In this document: positions 1 through 13,200 of the stretch, in pieces | Numbering within the stretch: the stretch's first letter is position 1 | How the letters are laid out: each line of letters opens with the position of its first letter | Source: Phoronis australis | Lineage: Eukaryota > Animalia > Phoronida | Direction of reading: 5' to 3' | Assembly: GCA_002633005.1 (NCBI GenBank) | Contig: NMRA01000001.1 | Span: 2,335,795-2,399,794 of the forward strand | Length of the DNA stretch: 64,000 nt | Notes under the pieces: generated by a model | What the model saw: the letters and a program-made list of their open reading frames with translations, nothing else | Databases searched by the model: none | Told to the model about the DNA's origin: nothing | Position numbers and translations under genes: made by a program

Positions 1-1709
1 AGGTGAGAGGAAGTGTTCTGTATACGCACGATACTCTCCAAGCGTGTTGACAGGGCCTGTCCTAATGAAAATAGACGGCTTGAGGCCAACCTGTGCCAGT
101 TTCCTACCAATCTCATGACTATCCTGCAATGGATTAAAGCTACTGCTGTTTAGCTTTTCAAAAATGACAGTCATATTTTTGAAGAGGTCTCGTTTTCACC
201 CACGGTATTGAACAAAACCGACAGTAGAAAGGGAGCATATAGCTGATTCAGAAGTTAGCCAAATGAAAACTCGAGTAAAAAAGGTCATGGACATGTTCAA
301 ATTCCCCATTCAATTATGGGGCAAAGTGGCCCTTATCTCAAAAACATGCAGTTTCTGTTCGATGTTGGACAACATTTCAAATCAGATAAGAAAAAAATTC
401 TTGAAAGTTACATAGTTCAGCTTTTTTACATAGTCATAACAGTAACAAAAATTCTTCCTACACTGCATAAAACAAAATAATTATGAACTCACCAGCCCAT
501 TGCAAACAACCTGAACTTTGACAATGTATGGATAACCATAGTATTGTTCCTACAATAATAATTCATAAATAACTAGAATGCAATGAGATACTAGCCAATT
601 TCCGAGAAAGCAGAGTGTTCTAGTCTACCAATTATACCCTATCGACCATCTTTGCGGGAAAAAATTCCAATCCTGCACAATGAGACATTCGGACAATTCA
701 CCTAAAAATGTATAACGTATATCTCAAAATGTCCGTGTTAACGAATGAAACTGTGTTTCGTTCATGTCAATTTGTTCTGCCTTACATACGAGAATTAGAT
801 TTTGAGTCAAGAAATGATACTTCTGTGCTCTCACAAAGATTTGTATGCAGAATACGTTTACCTCATCTCTTCGCAAGTTTTCAGATTACTCGCAAACCAG
901 TAATACCCACACAGGTCACGTATTTTTTGAACCAGTTTTCTTCACTGAATAACTGGCATCAATGGTTCAAAACCTGGAACCCCTGTAATTGATTGCCTTC
1001 AAACCAACTACAGTTGATTCGCAATGAATATGGTTTATAACATTTTTGCTGGCTTATAATATTCCATTTCCAACTACAATGCAAACATATTGCTTTGGTT
1101 ACAGTAAACTTCTGTTTACAATGAACATTTTCGAACATGAAGGTCCCAGGTTGTAATCGACTATAGCAGAAAATGACATGGTATGTAATGCGTAATATGA
1201 ACCACGTGCACAAATAAATGCATTAAACCGTAATAGTTACAACTAAAACTTACTAAAAAGCCACTGAAAATCTGATATGCAATTGACCTATCGCAAACTC
1301 CGCCCCCCTGCGAAATGTCGACAAACAAACAATAAGTTTTAACTGACAACGTGTCGTTTGTCGTGTAAAATGGCGGCTTGAAAACGAAGGTGTGTCAAGA
1401 ATGCTGCTTTCTGATTTGTCACTTAAACTGCCACTCAAAATCCTGGCAATAGGTCAATTATACACTTACAGGTTTGTCTGAATAGCCATTCAGTTTGATG
1501 TTTGTGATGTTATACTGTCTAAGCTCATCAGTCAGATTGATTACTCTGTCCCAGTGAACGTGGTTTGGGTCGGGTTCAACAGGTGCCGCCACACTGCACA
1601 CATCGTAGTTCCACTGACAAGAGCCGGGTGGTTGGTAACAATGCATGGGGCGACTCAAAATCATCACAAACATCACTGGGTGGAACACAAACTTGCCACT
1701 GGTGGGCAT
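1..1709 (-). CDS. 5' part of an unidentified multi-exon gene (coding exons 1709-1470 and 123-<1), possibly secreted; continues beyond the window start
   Basis: On the minus strand, acceptor tcgtttcag|AG ATG (exon from 1711) opens MPTSGKFVFHPVMFVMILSRPMHCYQPPGSCQWNYDVC...NGYSDKP|gtaagt (phase 0). The next acceptor ccattgcag| at 123 reads open in phase 0 to the window edge: DSHEIGRKLAQVGLKPSIFIRTGPVNTLGEYRAYTEHFLSP. Family not recognised. Confidence 0.7.
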
Positions 1710-2039
1710 CTCTGAAACGAGGATAGGAAACATTAAATTTAGTGAGCATTTTCAATCAAACCACATAAGGCCACTTCCTATTATTTTTGTAACAGTCGGA
1801 TCGCAAAGAAAGATTGGACAGCAGCCAATCGCAGGATAGCTATAACCCACCACATTAGAGTGAGCATTAAAGAATATATCACGGGTATGTTACTTTTAAA
1901 AGAACAAAATAAGCACTCATGGTTCTCAAATCCATAGAATACTACTATGCGAAGAATTTTAACTCCACTTTTATGATCGTCATTAATCTTTTCACCATGC
2001 ACGATAACCATGAAATATTTCAATTGATGTCACACGAGT

Positions 2040-2999
2040 TAGGCAAGGACTGAGTGAAGCGCGTGACCTTGCACGAGATACTCGGAATTTGTAAGATTTG
2101 TGTCTCTTGGACTTCTCTTCATCAACAGGCGTGATTTTGCATAACTATCTCTAAATGACAACTGGTGAGGCGATCAAACCGCAGCAGATTTTCATGGATT
2201 GTTGACTAAATTGTCTCCAGAGTCAAGGTATGTGGTAATTGTAACTCAGTGTGCATATGCATGTTTCATTTGATGTTATTTGCTGTATTTTGAGATCCAT
2301 GAGTAACTTTATATGGGGTGTAGGCCTACTATCGCCTTGTATGCCAAAGGCATTACACTACAGGGCAATATAATTGCCTAACTCCTGTGCTGCGGGCGTC
2401 CGCGTCAGGTTAATGTGATTCACTAGGTAGTGACCACCATCTCTAAGACATTCACAGCCTCCTAAGATGTCCTTCTATGCGCAAAAGGTACTTATAACAA
2501 CGCGACTTCGATGTTTTAATCACTGTGATGCATAATTCGCCGAAAAGCTTCTGGCGTATGATGCTCCAATACTAGGAGCTTCACTGTCTCTACTGCCAGC
2601 TACACAGTCACTAGGCAATTACATCACTCTGGATGTCACAGGCATATGCAGGGGCAATGTACATCCCCACAAAAAGTTAGAAATTTCAAAATACAGGAAA
2701 TAAAATCAAATGAAATATGCATATATGCACATTTGGTTATAATTTAATATAATTAATATATACCAGTCTGGAGATGATTCAGTCAAGATAATTTGAACAA
2801 ATCGATGAAGATCTGTCACAGTTTGCTCGAGTTTCCCTTACCGGGTGCCATTTTGAGGAAGTTATGTGAAATCACGCATGTTGACGAGTAAAAAGTCCAA
2901 GGCAGGGACACAAATTTCACCTGATTTGGCTGATATCTTCTCATGCTATTTTGCAATTGTCACGCGCCAGCGTCATGTGCTTCGCTCAGTCTCGCGCTA
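2040..2999. mobile_element. Non-autonomous fold-back DNA transposon with ~280-300 bp imperfect inverted arms (TAG..CTA ends, Academ-like)
   Basis: 2047 gactgagtgaagcgcgtgac is the inverse of ~2972-2991 gtcatgtgcttcgctcagtc. Arm similarity continues over 2040-~2295 versus ~2685-2999. The right arm recurs at ~38243-38547. The superfamily call rests only on the terminal trinucleotides. Confidence 0.65.
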
Positions 3000-3135
3000 C
3001 TACCTAAAATACACGGGACGAAATTCGTACAGAAAGTGATGGGAAGTATTGTAGTCCCTTACTGGCCAACCGAGGGGTTACGTGTTGCCCATGTCTACTA
3101 CAGTCTACACTACTACAGACAGGTAGAGATGTAGG

Positions 3136-3664
3136 CAATGACCATCGCCTCTGTTGGCCCGACCAGAGGCGATGCAGCTCCTATAGGCGCTCCATACGCC
3201 GGAAGCTTTTCGGAGAATTATGCCTCGCACCGACTAAAACATCAAAGTCATGTTGTTATAAATACCTTTTGCGCAAGGCTTAGGAGGTTGTCGATGTGTC
3301 TAATTCCTTCCAACTCGAACAAATACTTCCGTTATTGAACCTTTTTGTTCGAGCAGTCACTCATTAGCTTCCTGGTTCAGCTGACGTCTCTATTTTGTGC
3401 GTGACCCGTGTTTGGCGGTCCGTTAACCGTGTTTCCTTTTGAATATGAGTCCGTGTCCCGTGTATTTGGGTGCGTGGATCATGTTTTGTGAGTCCGTTCC
3501 TGTGTTTGTGAGTCAGTGGACAGTGTTTGCAGGTCCGTGAGTCGTGTTCATGCGTCCGTGCCCCGTGTTTATGAGTCCGTTGACCGTGTAGTTTAGGTAC
3601 CTTGTAGCTGCATCGCCTCTGCCTCTGGTCGGGCCAACAGTAGAGACGGTCGCGGTGGTCATTG
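3136..3664. mobile_element. MITE with ~45-bp terminal inverted repeats and an internal ~20-bp degenerate tandem array
   Basis: Left end CAATGACCATCGCCTCTGTTGGCCCGACCAGAGGCGATGCAGCT; right end is its inverse (agctgcatcgcctct...ctggtcgggccaacag...gtggtcattg). Internal gtccgtg..ccgtgttt units at ~3395-3590. No TSD seen. Confidence 0.65.
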
Positions 3665-4054
3665 ACATTGTCTGCTGATTCACGAAAGCATGTCTACACC
3701 ATTACCATAGTAATCAAGATTGCACATTCATGAACAGAAATGTGATATTTTATACTGTAAAGTGTCGGATAGCAGACTGGCTTAATGCTGGAATGAGTGC
3801 GCACTTAAAAAATACAAACCTTCTGCTATCGTCTGCAATCAAATCTCCCACCACAAAACATAAAGGTCACACGAGTGACCTATTTCTGAAAAACTCTTTA
3901 CACCAGATCCAAACTACTGTATCAAAGTATAGTAAATATTTTTTAATGTTTATAAATGTACCATTTTAATTATAAATATTAGTTAAAATTAATTTAAGGA
4001 TAAAATATTACAAATGTTTAAGTATAAAGTAATAAATGTATTATTGTCATGTAC

Positions 4055-4185
4055 CTTCAAGAGTTCTCTTTAGAGACAGTCCACTTCCGGCTCCGGCTTT
4101 GCGACTCGCGTGTTCTAGAAAAATCTTTGTTTTCCTCTAAACTTAGGTAGCAAAGTCTGTGTAAAGTGGGCTGTCTTTACTGAAA
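4055..4185. promoter_or_regulatory. Putative compact bidirectional promoter with ETS/GABP motif
   Basis: ACTTCCGG at 4083-4090 lies ~100 bp upstream of the AHSA1 ATG. A minus-strand donor ttgaag|gtacat at 4055/4054 could end the 5'UTR exon of the divergent gene. Confidence 0.5.
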
Positions 4186-4265
4186 ATGGCTAAATGGGGT
4201 GAAGGAGACCCAAGATGGATAGTAGAAGAGCGGGCTGACGCCACAAACGTGAATAATTGGCATTG
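4186..4265 (+). CDS. AHSA1: AHSA1 exon 1
   Basis: MAKWGEGDPRWIVEERADATNVNNWH(W)|gtgagt. Confidence 0.95.
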
Positions 4266-7200
4266 GTGAGTTATAGATTGCCCCGTTTCTGTTCACGGAC
4301 ACGGTGTAGCCAGTCGTCAGCTGTAAATGAAGACTGTCGTCAAAATACAGCTAGGTACCTCTGTAGACCCCGAAATTGCAAACAGCCATGGTAGTTCTGC
4401 TCGTCACCTCGCCGTGAAACTTTTATCAACATGTATAGCTAAAGACTGGATGGGGTGCATGCAAAATCTGGGAATCATCCAACACTCACCTTGTCTGTTA
4501 GAGCCATGCAAAAACATCATTTTCTTGCGTAACTCGTCACCTATTCTAACACTGAAAGGTATGTCATTGTTTTGAAAAAAGTACACTCTCGTCACGCGCA
4601 CGCGCCATTTCCTAAATTTTTGCGACATCTCTCGGGAGATGATGGTATGTAGTAAATTCCAAAGTGTCTTACCTTACATCTTAGTTGTCCGTGGTCGAGC
4701 TCAATAGTTTTGCTTAGGTGTGTGGTCTGGATATCGAATGCCGCTCTGCATCCAAATATGTGTATCGGCCGCAGGGCCGCTTAATTAATATTCATGATGC
4801 ACCCTCATTGGCCATTACGGGCATATGGGCCGGACAGCCAACGACGAACAACAGTCGTCTTCCGATGCCGATAGAGGGTGCGCGCAGCTGAAGGCCAGCG
4901 CAGCAGTGAGACCAGTCAAATAACATCTCACTACAGATAGCTTGGCAGCAGCAAAATTTCTTCTGAAATTTGTTTTTTCGGTCTCAAAATTCTAAAAACT
5001 TATAATGAAATGAAACCAGTTCCGATAATTTGTTGTGACGTGTACGCAACCTGATTGAAGAATCGGCGAAAAAAGAAACTGGCCAATAGGGGACGCAACA
5101 TTTCATGGCGCCGAAAGCCGTCGCTAAAGATCGCTCAACAACTTTAGCGGCAGAATAACAGTAGAACGCCATTTTTTCCAACATCGTTAAATAATCTAAT
5201 TTACTCATGGAAGGCTGTAGTTTTTAATGACACTATTTTTTTGTCATATTTTATCTTTACCACTTTTTTACCCAAATCGGTGCAAAGCTGTATATTTAGT
5301 ATACAGCTTTTTACCAAGGCTATTCACGGTGTTGTCCCAACTTCTGAACTGCCATAGCAATGGCATGTGCACTGGTCGGAAATGGCGGTCCCTGTGAACC
5401 AGGCCGTCACTGAATAACAGGACCGTTACTTAATATGCCGAAACGGTTAAATGAATCAGTTAACTGCCATAAACATAGATGGTGACCACTGTCTCTAGCT
5501 GGCATTTAGAGACATTGAAGCTCCTATAGGAGCATGGAGTTGGCAAAGGGCACAAAAAATGCCGTGCCTACAAACATCGAATTGTCTTGGGGGACACACA
5601 ATTTTTTCATGCCTATAGATATGGCGTGAGTGGCACACTGTTGGCGTGGGGCATGTAAAAAGTTTTGTGTCTGGAGGCTGGAGACACAGAGTGGCCTAGG
5701 CCGCTTGGAAAGCAAAAATTGTTTGTTTGCTGCGCTACAAAAACATTGTCGTTGTTGGCTACCTTAATGAGCCTCAACTATCATTAAAAGGTTTGATGTT
5801 GTCAACAACATGGAAAGTCGGAACAGAAAACAACCCTATAGGGCTAGGCTACTTCGAAAAATGAGTCATGTGCGCTACCAAAATTTATCTGACGGCACCT
5901 GGATACATCTTTACTAAAATTAACAATTGAAGCCATTCTAAGATAAATATATCAGAAGTTAACAAAATTAATATGATGATGAGTGCTTATTTTTTTGATT
6001 TCTACCTTAATACTCAGAATTGTAGTATTGGACTTGTAAAAAACAGTGACATTTTCTGACTACATAACTTGGGCAACATGGCTTCATCTACTGGTATTGT
6101 CATTCCATTGCTACATACATAGAATTATAGAAATTTACTACTCTTGTTTAAGCAACTGATACATAGGTTTGGGGGTAGTATTTGGATAGGTGGGTCCTTG
6201 ATTTAATGTTGATTTAAGACTTCGTTTCTACCACTGAATAACTCGTTATTCACGTGTCAAGTAGATTTCTCGAAAACAAAAACAAATTCATAATACCTTT
6301 AGACTGGTATCATGTAGAAGAGCAAAATACTCCTCAATTTTTGCACAACTGCTTATGAAAGGAATAGATATTGGCACCTGCCTCCATTTTAAAATCATCT
6401 TCACTGGTTTTGAGCTCAAGCATTAGGTGAATAATCTTCGATCTTAGAAAATTGTTATGGTAGGGAGAAATGAAAACACAAGGGATACTAGAACTAGCAA
6501 CCATAGTGTCCCTTGCCAACTCCACGTTTAGGGATGCAACTTTCCATGTCGACTAATTCCATGTTGCGTATGATTCCTTCCTTCTTACTCTTAGTTCCTT
6601 GGTTGATTGGTCATTGTTTTACAGGACTGAGAAAAATGCTACGGCGTGGTCTAAAGATAAACTGAAAGAGCTTCTGACTGGATTGAAGATTGAAGACGAT
6701 GAGGGTATGGGCAGTGGTTCGAGTTAGTCGTCCTTGAGAAGACACTCTGAATTCTGAAACTGCTTTAAAATCTCCCCGTTCCCCTTGTCAGGTCCAAAAA
6801 TTACCCTGAAGTGATTAAAATGTTCTCAAATCATTAAATAATTCCACTCGAGGTTAGAAGCACTTGTAACTCACACAGGCAACGATTCGAAGCCGCACAA
6901 AACATTAGTTTTTGCTAGATGAGGCAGAGCCAAAGAGGGGGGTGACGGGTTAAGGGAGGGTACTGGCAATGACAGGGGACTGACAAATTACTCCTCTCAG
7001 AAGGCCTAGACACCTTCCCCTCCGGTGAATGACGGCCCTGCAGGCTCATTAAGAGAACCTCTTCTTCCACTGAATAAAAGGTTGTTATTCACTGATTGCC
7101 TGGTTCTCAAAATCAAAGACTGCTATATTTGACTGTTACCGAGGTATGTTGAAATGTCTTAATTTGCAACGAAATTTTAACCTATTGCAGGTTGAAACAA

Positions 7201-10200
7201 CTTGAGCAATATTGTCATTAGGTTAGCTGTTCTAAGTTTGAGAATCCTGTGTCATATGTTTTTCGATTGTTTATTTTTGGTTAGGCTTACAAAAAGCACA
7301 AATTTACAACACTCTAATCAGGCACTTGCATAATTTCCTCTCTCATCATATGGGCAATAGTCACTTGCAGGGGTCCCTTGAGAACCAGTTCTGATGCCTG
7401 TTATCATAAGAGAAAACTGGTTATCAAAATGCAGGCCCCCTGTAGTGTCTGTTACCAACTTTCAAAACCATGGTTTTGGTTAAAGTTTTGTCGCGAACAC
7501 ATATTTTTTATACAGCTAATTGTCATACTATATATTGATTTTTGTTGTACTGAGACTGTCAAGTTTGTGTTGGTAATATTTGTCAGAGTGTTGGGAAGAC
7601 GAAGAATACTTCACTGTGATAACTGAACCAATGCCATTCATAATCTCCAACCCTGTATAAGCATAAAGTTAATTTTTTGTCTTCTGTAGGATGTTGCGAA
7701 ATTACAGAAGTGACGAAATGCGAGGGCGAGGCAACAGCAAATAACCGCAAGGCTAAGCTGATCTTCTTTTATGAGTGGGTCATCAAGTGCGATTGGTCAG
7801 GTAAACTTAAGGGTTTTGCTTCGTATGATTGGGCCGATTAACTGGGTCATCTAGTGTAATAAATTATTGTTAAACCGGACTTTTAGGCTTTCTGTAATTT
7901 CATTTAACTTTCTGTTTGACCACTTTGCCAGCGTTGGGATCAAGATTTAGGTATTGAGATTGGGATTTTGTCATAATTTCAATCAAGGCGACTGAGTTTT
8001 GACAAAATTTTGACAAAATTTTTTTGGAAACCTGTATATTCTTTCAAAGTTTGAGACATTTTCTAATGCATGAAATGCTTACTTTTGCTGACTTATTCTC
8101 AGGAAAACTTGCTAATGGTAACACGAAGTACAAAGGAAGTCTAGAGATTCCCAACTTGAGTGACGAGCAGGAACCTAGCGACCTGGACGTAAGTAATTGA
8201 TGTAATCAACTTCAGTTGTAGTGGTATTAGAAATTTGGCTCGTCATTAATGAGTGTCTGATTGTCTAGGACAACTTAAAATCAGTTACTACTAGTTGAAT
8301 TTCTATCTCAAACGCATGCTTGCACTAACTACTTTCTCTCATTTCTTTGCAACTTGTAAATCGCCAAAAGACTTAAAAGTGAATCACTTGCAACCTGACG
8401 GAAGCCCAGTTTCAACCGAATGTTGTGGCTTCAGCCAGTCAATGTCGTAATTTAAAGGAACCAGCTTTGATTTAATGGTCCTCTGTGGTGGCCGTAGGTT
8501 GGTCACTTCGGAACAGCTGTGAAAAAACAAAAAAAATTCGAGGTGAACTCGTTAAAAAATTGCATGTTTTTATGCGTAATGATAATTCCAGTAAATGTTT
8601 GATGTGTTCCTCTCCTGATATGGCATTGGTGAGGCATTTTTTTCTATTCGCCGTCTGCTCTGCACTGCGTTGAAAAGCAACAAAGAGTTCAATAACCAAG
8701 TATTTCAAAACCATTTCTGCCAGTGCCAGTGAGACCTCAGCTTCCAAAGGTGAAAAAAAACAAATAAGTTTTTATACAAGCCCATTTTGGATTCGGGCAG
8801 TCCGAAAGGACAGCCAGTCAAAAAATTAAATGTCAAGACCTGGAACTACATGATTTATTCAGCTTTTCACAAGGCCGGGCTTGGAATTTTCTTGTTTTGT
8901 GTCAGAGGATTTCCTCATTTTTGGTTTCGATTTCCTCTTATTTGATTTCCAGTTTTCTTTTTTTCATCTCTTTATATCATTATTTTGTCGTCATTCATGC
9001 AAAAACGTTTATTTCAGTTAAATTTTACAACTCATGCAATATTTATATCACACAAGTCTATTTATTTGTGCAATGATACATCACTTGGAAAATTGTCCTC
9101 TTTTATTGTGATTGGTCATTCCGAGCCCTGACAAGGTTGAAGTCGAATCTAACCTGGGCTGAGTTTTGTAGGCTGTAAGACAGCTTACACTAGTGGCAAA
9201 TAATCTTCACTTGTAGAACAAACAGTGAATTAATCGCATAGTCCTTGAATTCTATCCCATAATTCAGTGTCTCAGTCGCACCGACCAGTTGCTTCAGTGG
9301 ATGCCATTTTGCTAGGATGGGCTTTTAAGCGCAAGCGAAACACTCACATTTTTCCTTACATGATTTTACGATATCATGCCCTTCTTACTAGAAGCTAGGT
9401 CTACAGAATGCTCTCCTGTTTAAGTCATAGTCGAAGTAGAGTCGTGTGTTTTATTCAACTTTCACTTAGGTTTAAGTTGCTATTTTCTTAATCGCAATGC
9501 CACAAGCTGATATGTCTTCTGGAAAAATGAGTTCAAGTGCTAGTTATTGGTTGTAAAATAGGTTTTGCGCAATCGAGCCTAAGAAGCCATGGGGCTAATA
9601 ATAAGCCCAATCGCCATCTTAAAAGTCCAAACCATTTTCATCAGTTTTAAAATACCATGGGATAAGGTCAGTCGGTTTGTTAAAGCATCTTACAGGCAGA
9701 GTCCAATGTTTTGATGACGTTAACTTTTGAACTGGTCTGAGTGATTCATCTAATCATAAGGTTAATATTAACGAGTAGAGTAATAATTGAGCATTCAAGT
9801 TTATGTTCATGTTTGGATAATTTAAGTCCATTGATTGATGTGTGACTTGGTTGACGTTAGCTAATTTTTTGTATTTACAGGTTGAAGTATCTGTGAAAAG
9901 TGACAAGAGCGACGCGTACGATGTCAAAGAATTTATGAGGAAAAAGGGCACGCCTGTAATACAGGAGAAGTTAGCCATGTACATTTTAGGTCTTAAACAA
10001 GGTGAGGCAATGGCTTGATTTGTTCAGTTTGAGCCAGATGTGAAGCTTTGTCTTTTTGATATTTATGTTTTGATAAAGCTGAGTGTGCAAATTGCAAGCG
10101 TGTATTACATCTTCAAGAAGTGTTATTTGTGAATGTTGCTTTGTCATTTTAATAGATATGATCTAACTGTTGGCTGAGTTGTTTACATGCATTTGAGTCA

Positions 10201-13200
10201 GCACCTAAACTTTCCACTGAGATTAGATCCTGGATGAGTCGAGTTGGACTGGAGAATTACCACGTCAGTCGTGTTAAGTTGTTCTGAGCGGGATATATTG
10301 ACCTGTAGCTCGTTTTCAAAGCTCAGTAACTTTGAGGGTAGCTGAGGCAGTAATAGGGAAGTCATTACAATTGTGACACTTTTCTGGATCATATATAGAG
10401 AACCAATTGTCAGACGGATTTTAATGAAACTTGACTTACAGGTATATGATGACAATGCGCTGGCACCATTTGATTTTCGTACAAATTCAACTGCTACAGC
10501 ACCTCCTAGTGGCCTGTAAAAACATATCATTTTGTATGCACCATGGGTGCATGTTTACGCTCAACCGTTGTTCTTGTTTAAGAAAACTGAAAATGTTGCA
10601 ACTGAATTAAGACTGACCATTTTTCATGTTCAGGCTTAGCGAACATCTTTGCAAGCCCAGTTAATGAATGAACTGCGCGCAAATCATTTTTGACGGTCTT
10701 AGCTAACACTGGGCTTACAGCCTTTGTTAAAACAGGCCCTGAACGACCATTGTTATGGGACAGTAATACAGCTGCTACAAGGTTTATCTTTCTTACAGAA
10801 TATAGCCAAGGAATGATTCTTCCAAGTAAAAAAGCTGTGCCCAAGAACTCTGTAGTGAACTCTTCACCAAAGGTAGGCGCTGATAAAGAATTGCCGAGAT
10901 AATCGTTTGTCACACCTGTGTCATGGAGAATGCTCAATTACGATTTGTTTTATCTCAATGTACTGCTAAAGAGAATATGTACACTTTTGTCTTGAATCTG
11001 AAAAAGAGAAGTCTTGACATATACTCTTTGACAGTCCTTTGTGTTACGTTTTTTAAAAGTGAAGTGTGAACTTGCATTATTGTCTGCATCAGTCCTGTGA
11101 GTTTTAAAAAATTAAGACTTAATTTGCATTTTGGGGCTACCTTTACTTTGTGTTTCCTGGCTTTAGGTTAGTAAACTTCATTTTTTCACTGAAGTCATGA
11201 CTTTCAGCTCAAATTTGTTGTCTGTCATTTACTTAATGAATATGTATGCCACATTGTGACTGTTTAGTGAACTGCATGGTTCCAAAGTATGATGCTGAAA
11301 ACTCCAAATTGAAACACAAATTACTCAAAACATTATTTGAATATGAAATTTGATTTGAATGTTAAGCTTGCAAACTAAAAAGTCAGTTCAGAATACAAAA
11401 CAACGGAGCTGATCTGTATCTCTCCATCGCTATCAGAATAATTATGTTCCTGTTCCTACTGAGCTTAGTGCATGAGAAGTTACATATTCGTAGTTTGAAA
11501 GCTGCTATGAAGTGTTCCGTCAACGATACTGACTCTTGATTTGGACACCTTGACGCAATAAAACTGGTCTCGTCTTCTCTCTTACTCAGATGAGAAGTGA
11601 CTTCTGAGACCTTATTGGTTTTATGGACAAAAATGCATTAGCTTTGTGCAGGGTTATGAAACCACGAAATCTGTTGTGTTCTTGTGATTTTATAGCAAGT
11701 CGCTAATTCTCGCTGTTGTCTGCCAGACATTCGGTAAAATGAAAGCCGGTGACTTTTCCTATAAAATACCCTTGAAATACTCCTCAGTTTACCATGTGGG
11801 ATTTGGCTCAGCGGCAGAATGTTCAGCTATGACTGTGTAGCTAGTGAATTCGATTCCATGATACTGAGAATTTCTGTACAATTTTCTTATCTCACCAAGA
11901 ATGTGCCTTTAAGACAATACTCTGCAAATAAGTCAACTGTCGTGACAAACTTGTTGAACTTGGTCTTGAGTTGTTGGTTGTTTCCAATCTCAAAAATCAC
12001 CCCCAGTCTGAGTTGAGACCAATTTCATAACAGTAAGTGATCTTAAATTAGAATTTATTTTTTTAACAGAAGGCAGATGCAGCTCCAGTGAAATATCCTC
12101 ATACCATTTCAAAGGCGCTTGGTGCAAATGTTGACTGATTAGTAGCCAGAAATCTTGTTTCAAGCTGGTTAATTTTACATGTGGGCCCACGATCACATAA
12201 ACCTTTGCGTGCATAGATTAAGTAGGGAATTTATTTTAGGTAATAAATTGTCACCTAGAAACTTTCATTTACCATTCAAGTATTTCACCGAGTACTAAGT
12301 AAACTGAAAAATCACACTCTGCCTACTACATGACTGTTTTATCAACCATTGCACTATGAATTATTTTTGTGTGTTTTGATTGAAACTTTTGACATGTGGC
12401 GACGTCTACTTTCAGAATGTTGGTAAAGAAACTTTGGCTCAGCCAGTCATTGCCAAATCTGGGAGCATAGGAGTCAAGATACACACAAAAACGTTGAAGG
12501 ATAAGCAAGAATTTAAATGTGAGGCGTCTGATCTTTATATGGCTCTCACAGAAAAAGAGGTACATAAATTTCTCACTGCTTAACAGTTTTTGTTAAAATT
12601 TTAACTAATAGGTGTGTTAATTTATTTTTAAAATGTGTTTATAAGTATTTATTCTAAATGTAAATGTCGGTATTATCTTTACATTGTAATGTATTGTTAT
12701 TAACACCAGTGTCACTTTAATTGCGCCCACGTATTCATAATACATGTCAGTGGATATTGCCGTTTTCTGTGCCTGTTTGTATCAAGGACGAGACGTCGCC
12801 TGAGAATTTGCGGATAGCTCGTCACTTTATGCACCCCCTAACAGTGACAATTTAAATGATTATTTTGGTGCATGCTTACATCCAATTTTCTACCACATCC
12901 AAGATTCCTGGTTTGACTACAATAAATGAGACAGTATTGTTGGTTGTTTAATCACTGCATTAGAGTGATCTTGTCAGACTTGCTGATGCTTTGCTTATTG
13001 AAATCCTGGAAATCTTTCGCATTTCAATTTCAGAGGGTCATGGCCTTTACGCGAGATTCAGTGGACATGGAAGTTGAAAAGGGAGGCCGGTTTATATTGT
13101 TCGGTGGGAACATTACGGGGTCGTTTGTTGAACTTGTAAGTAGTTTCACTGAGCTTGTGGTGTTGATCAAATGCTGGATTTCAGCAGTCAGGCTCATCAA

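Noticed and set aside
5530-6530. Inverted pair tggagttggcaa(a)ggg-cac in AHSA1 intron 1
   Set aside because: Probably ends of an old MITE, but only a ~20-bp match with no TSD, so not listed as a feature.
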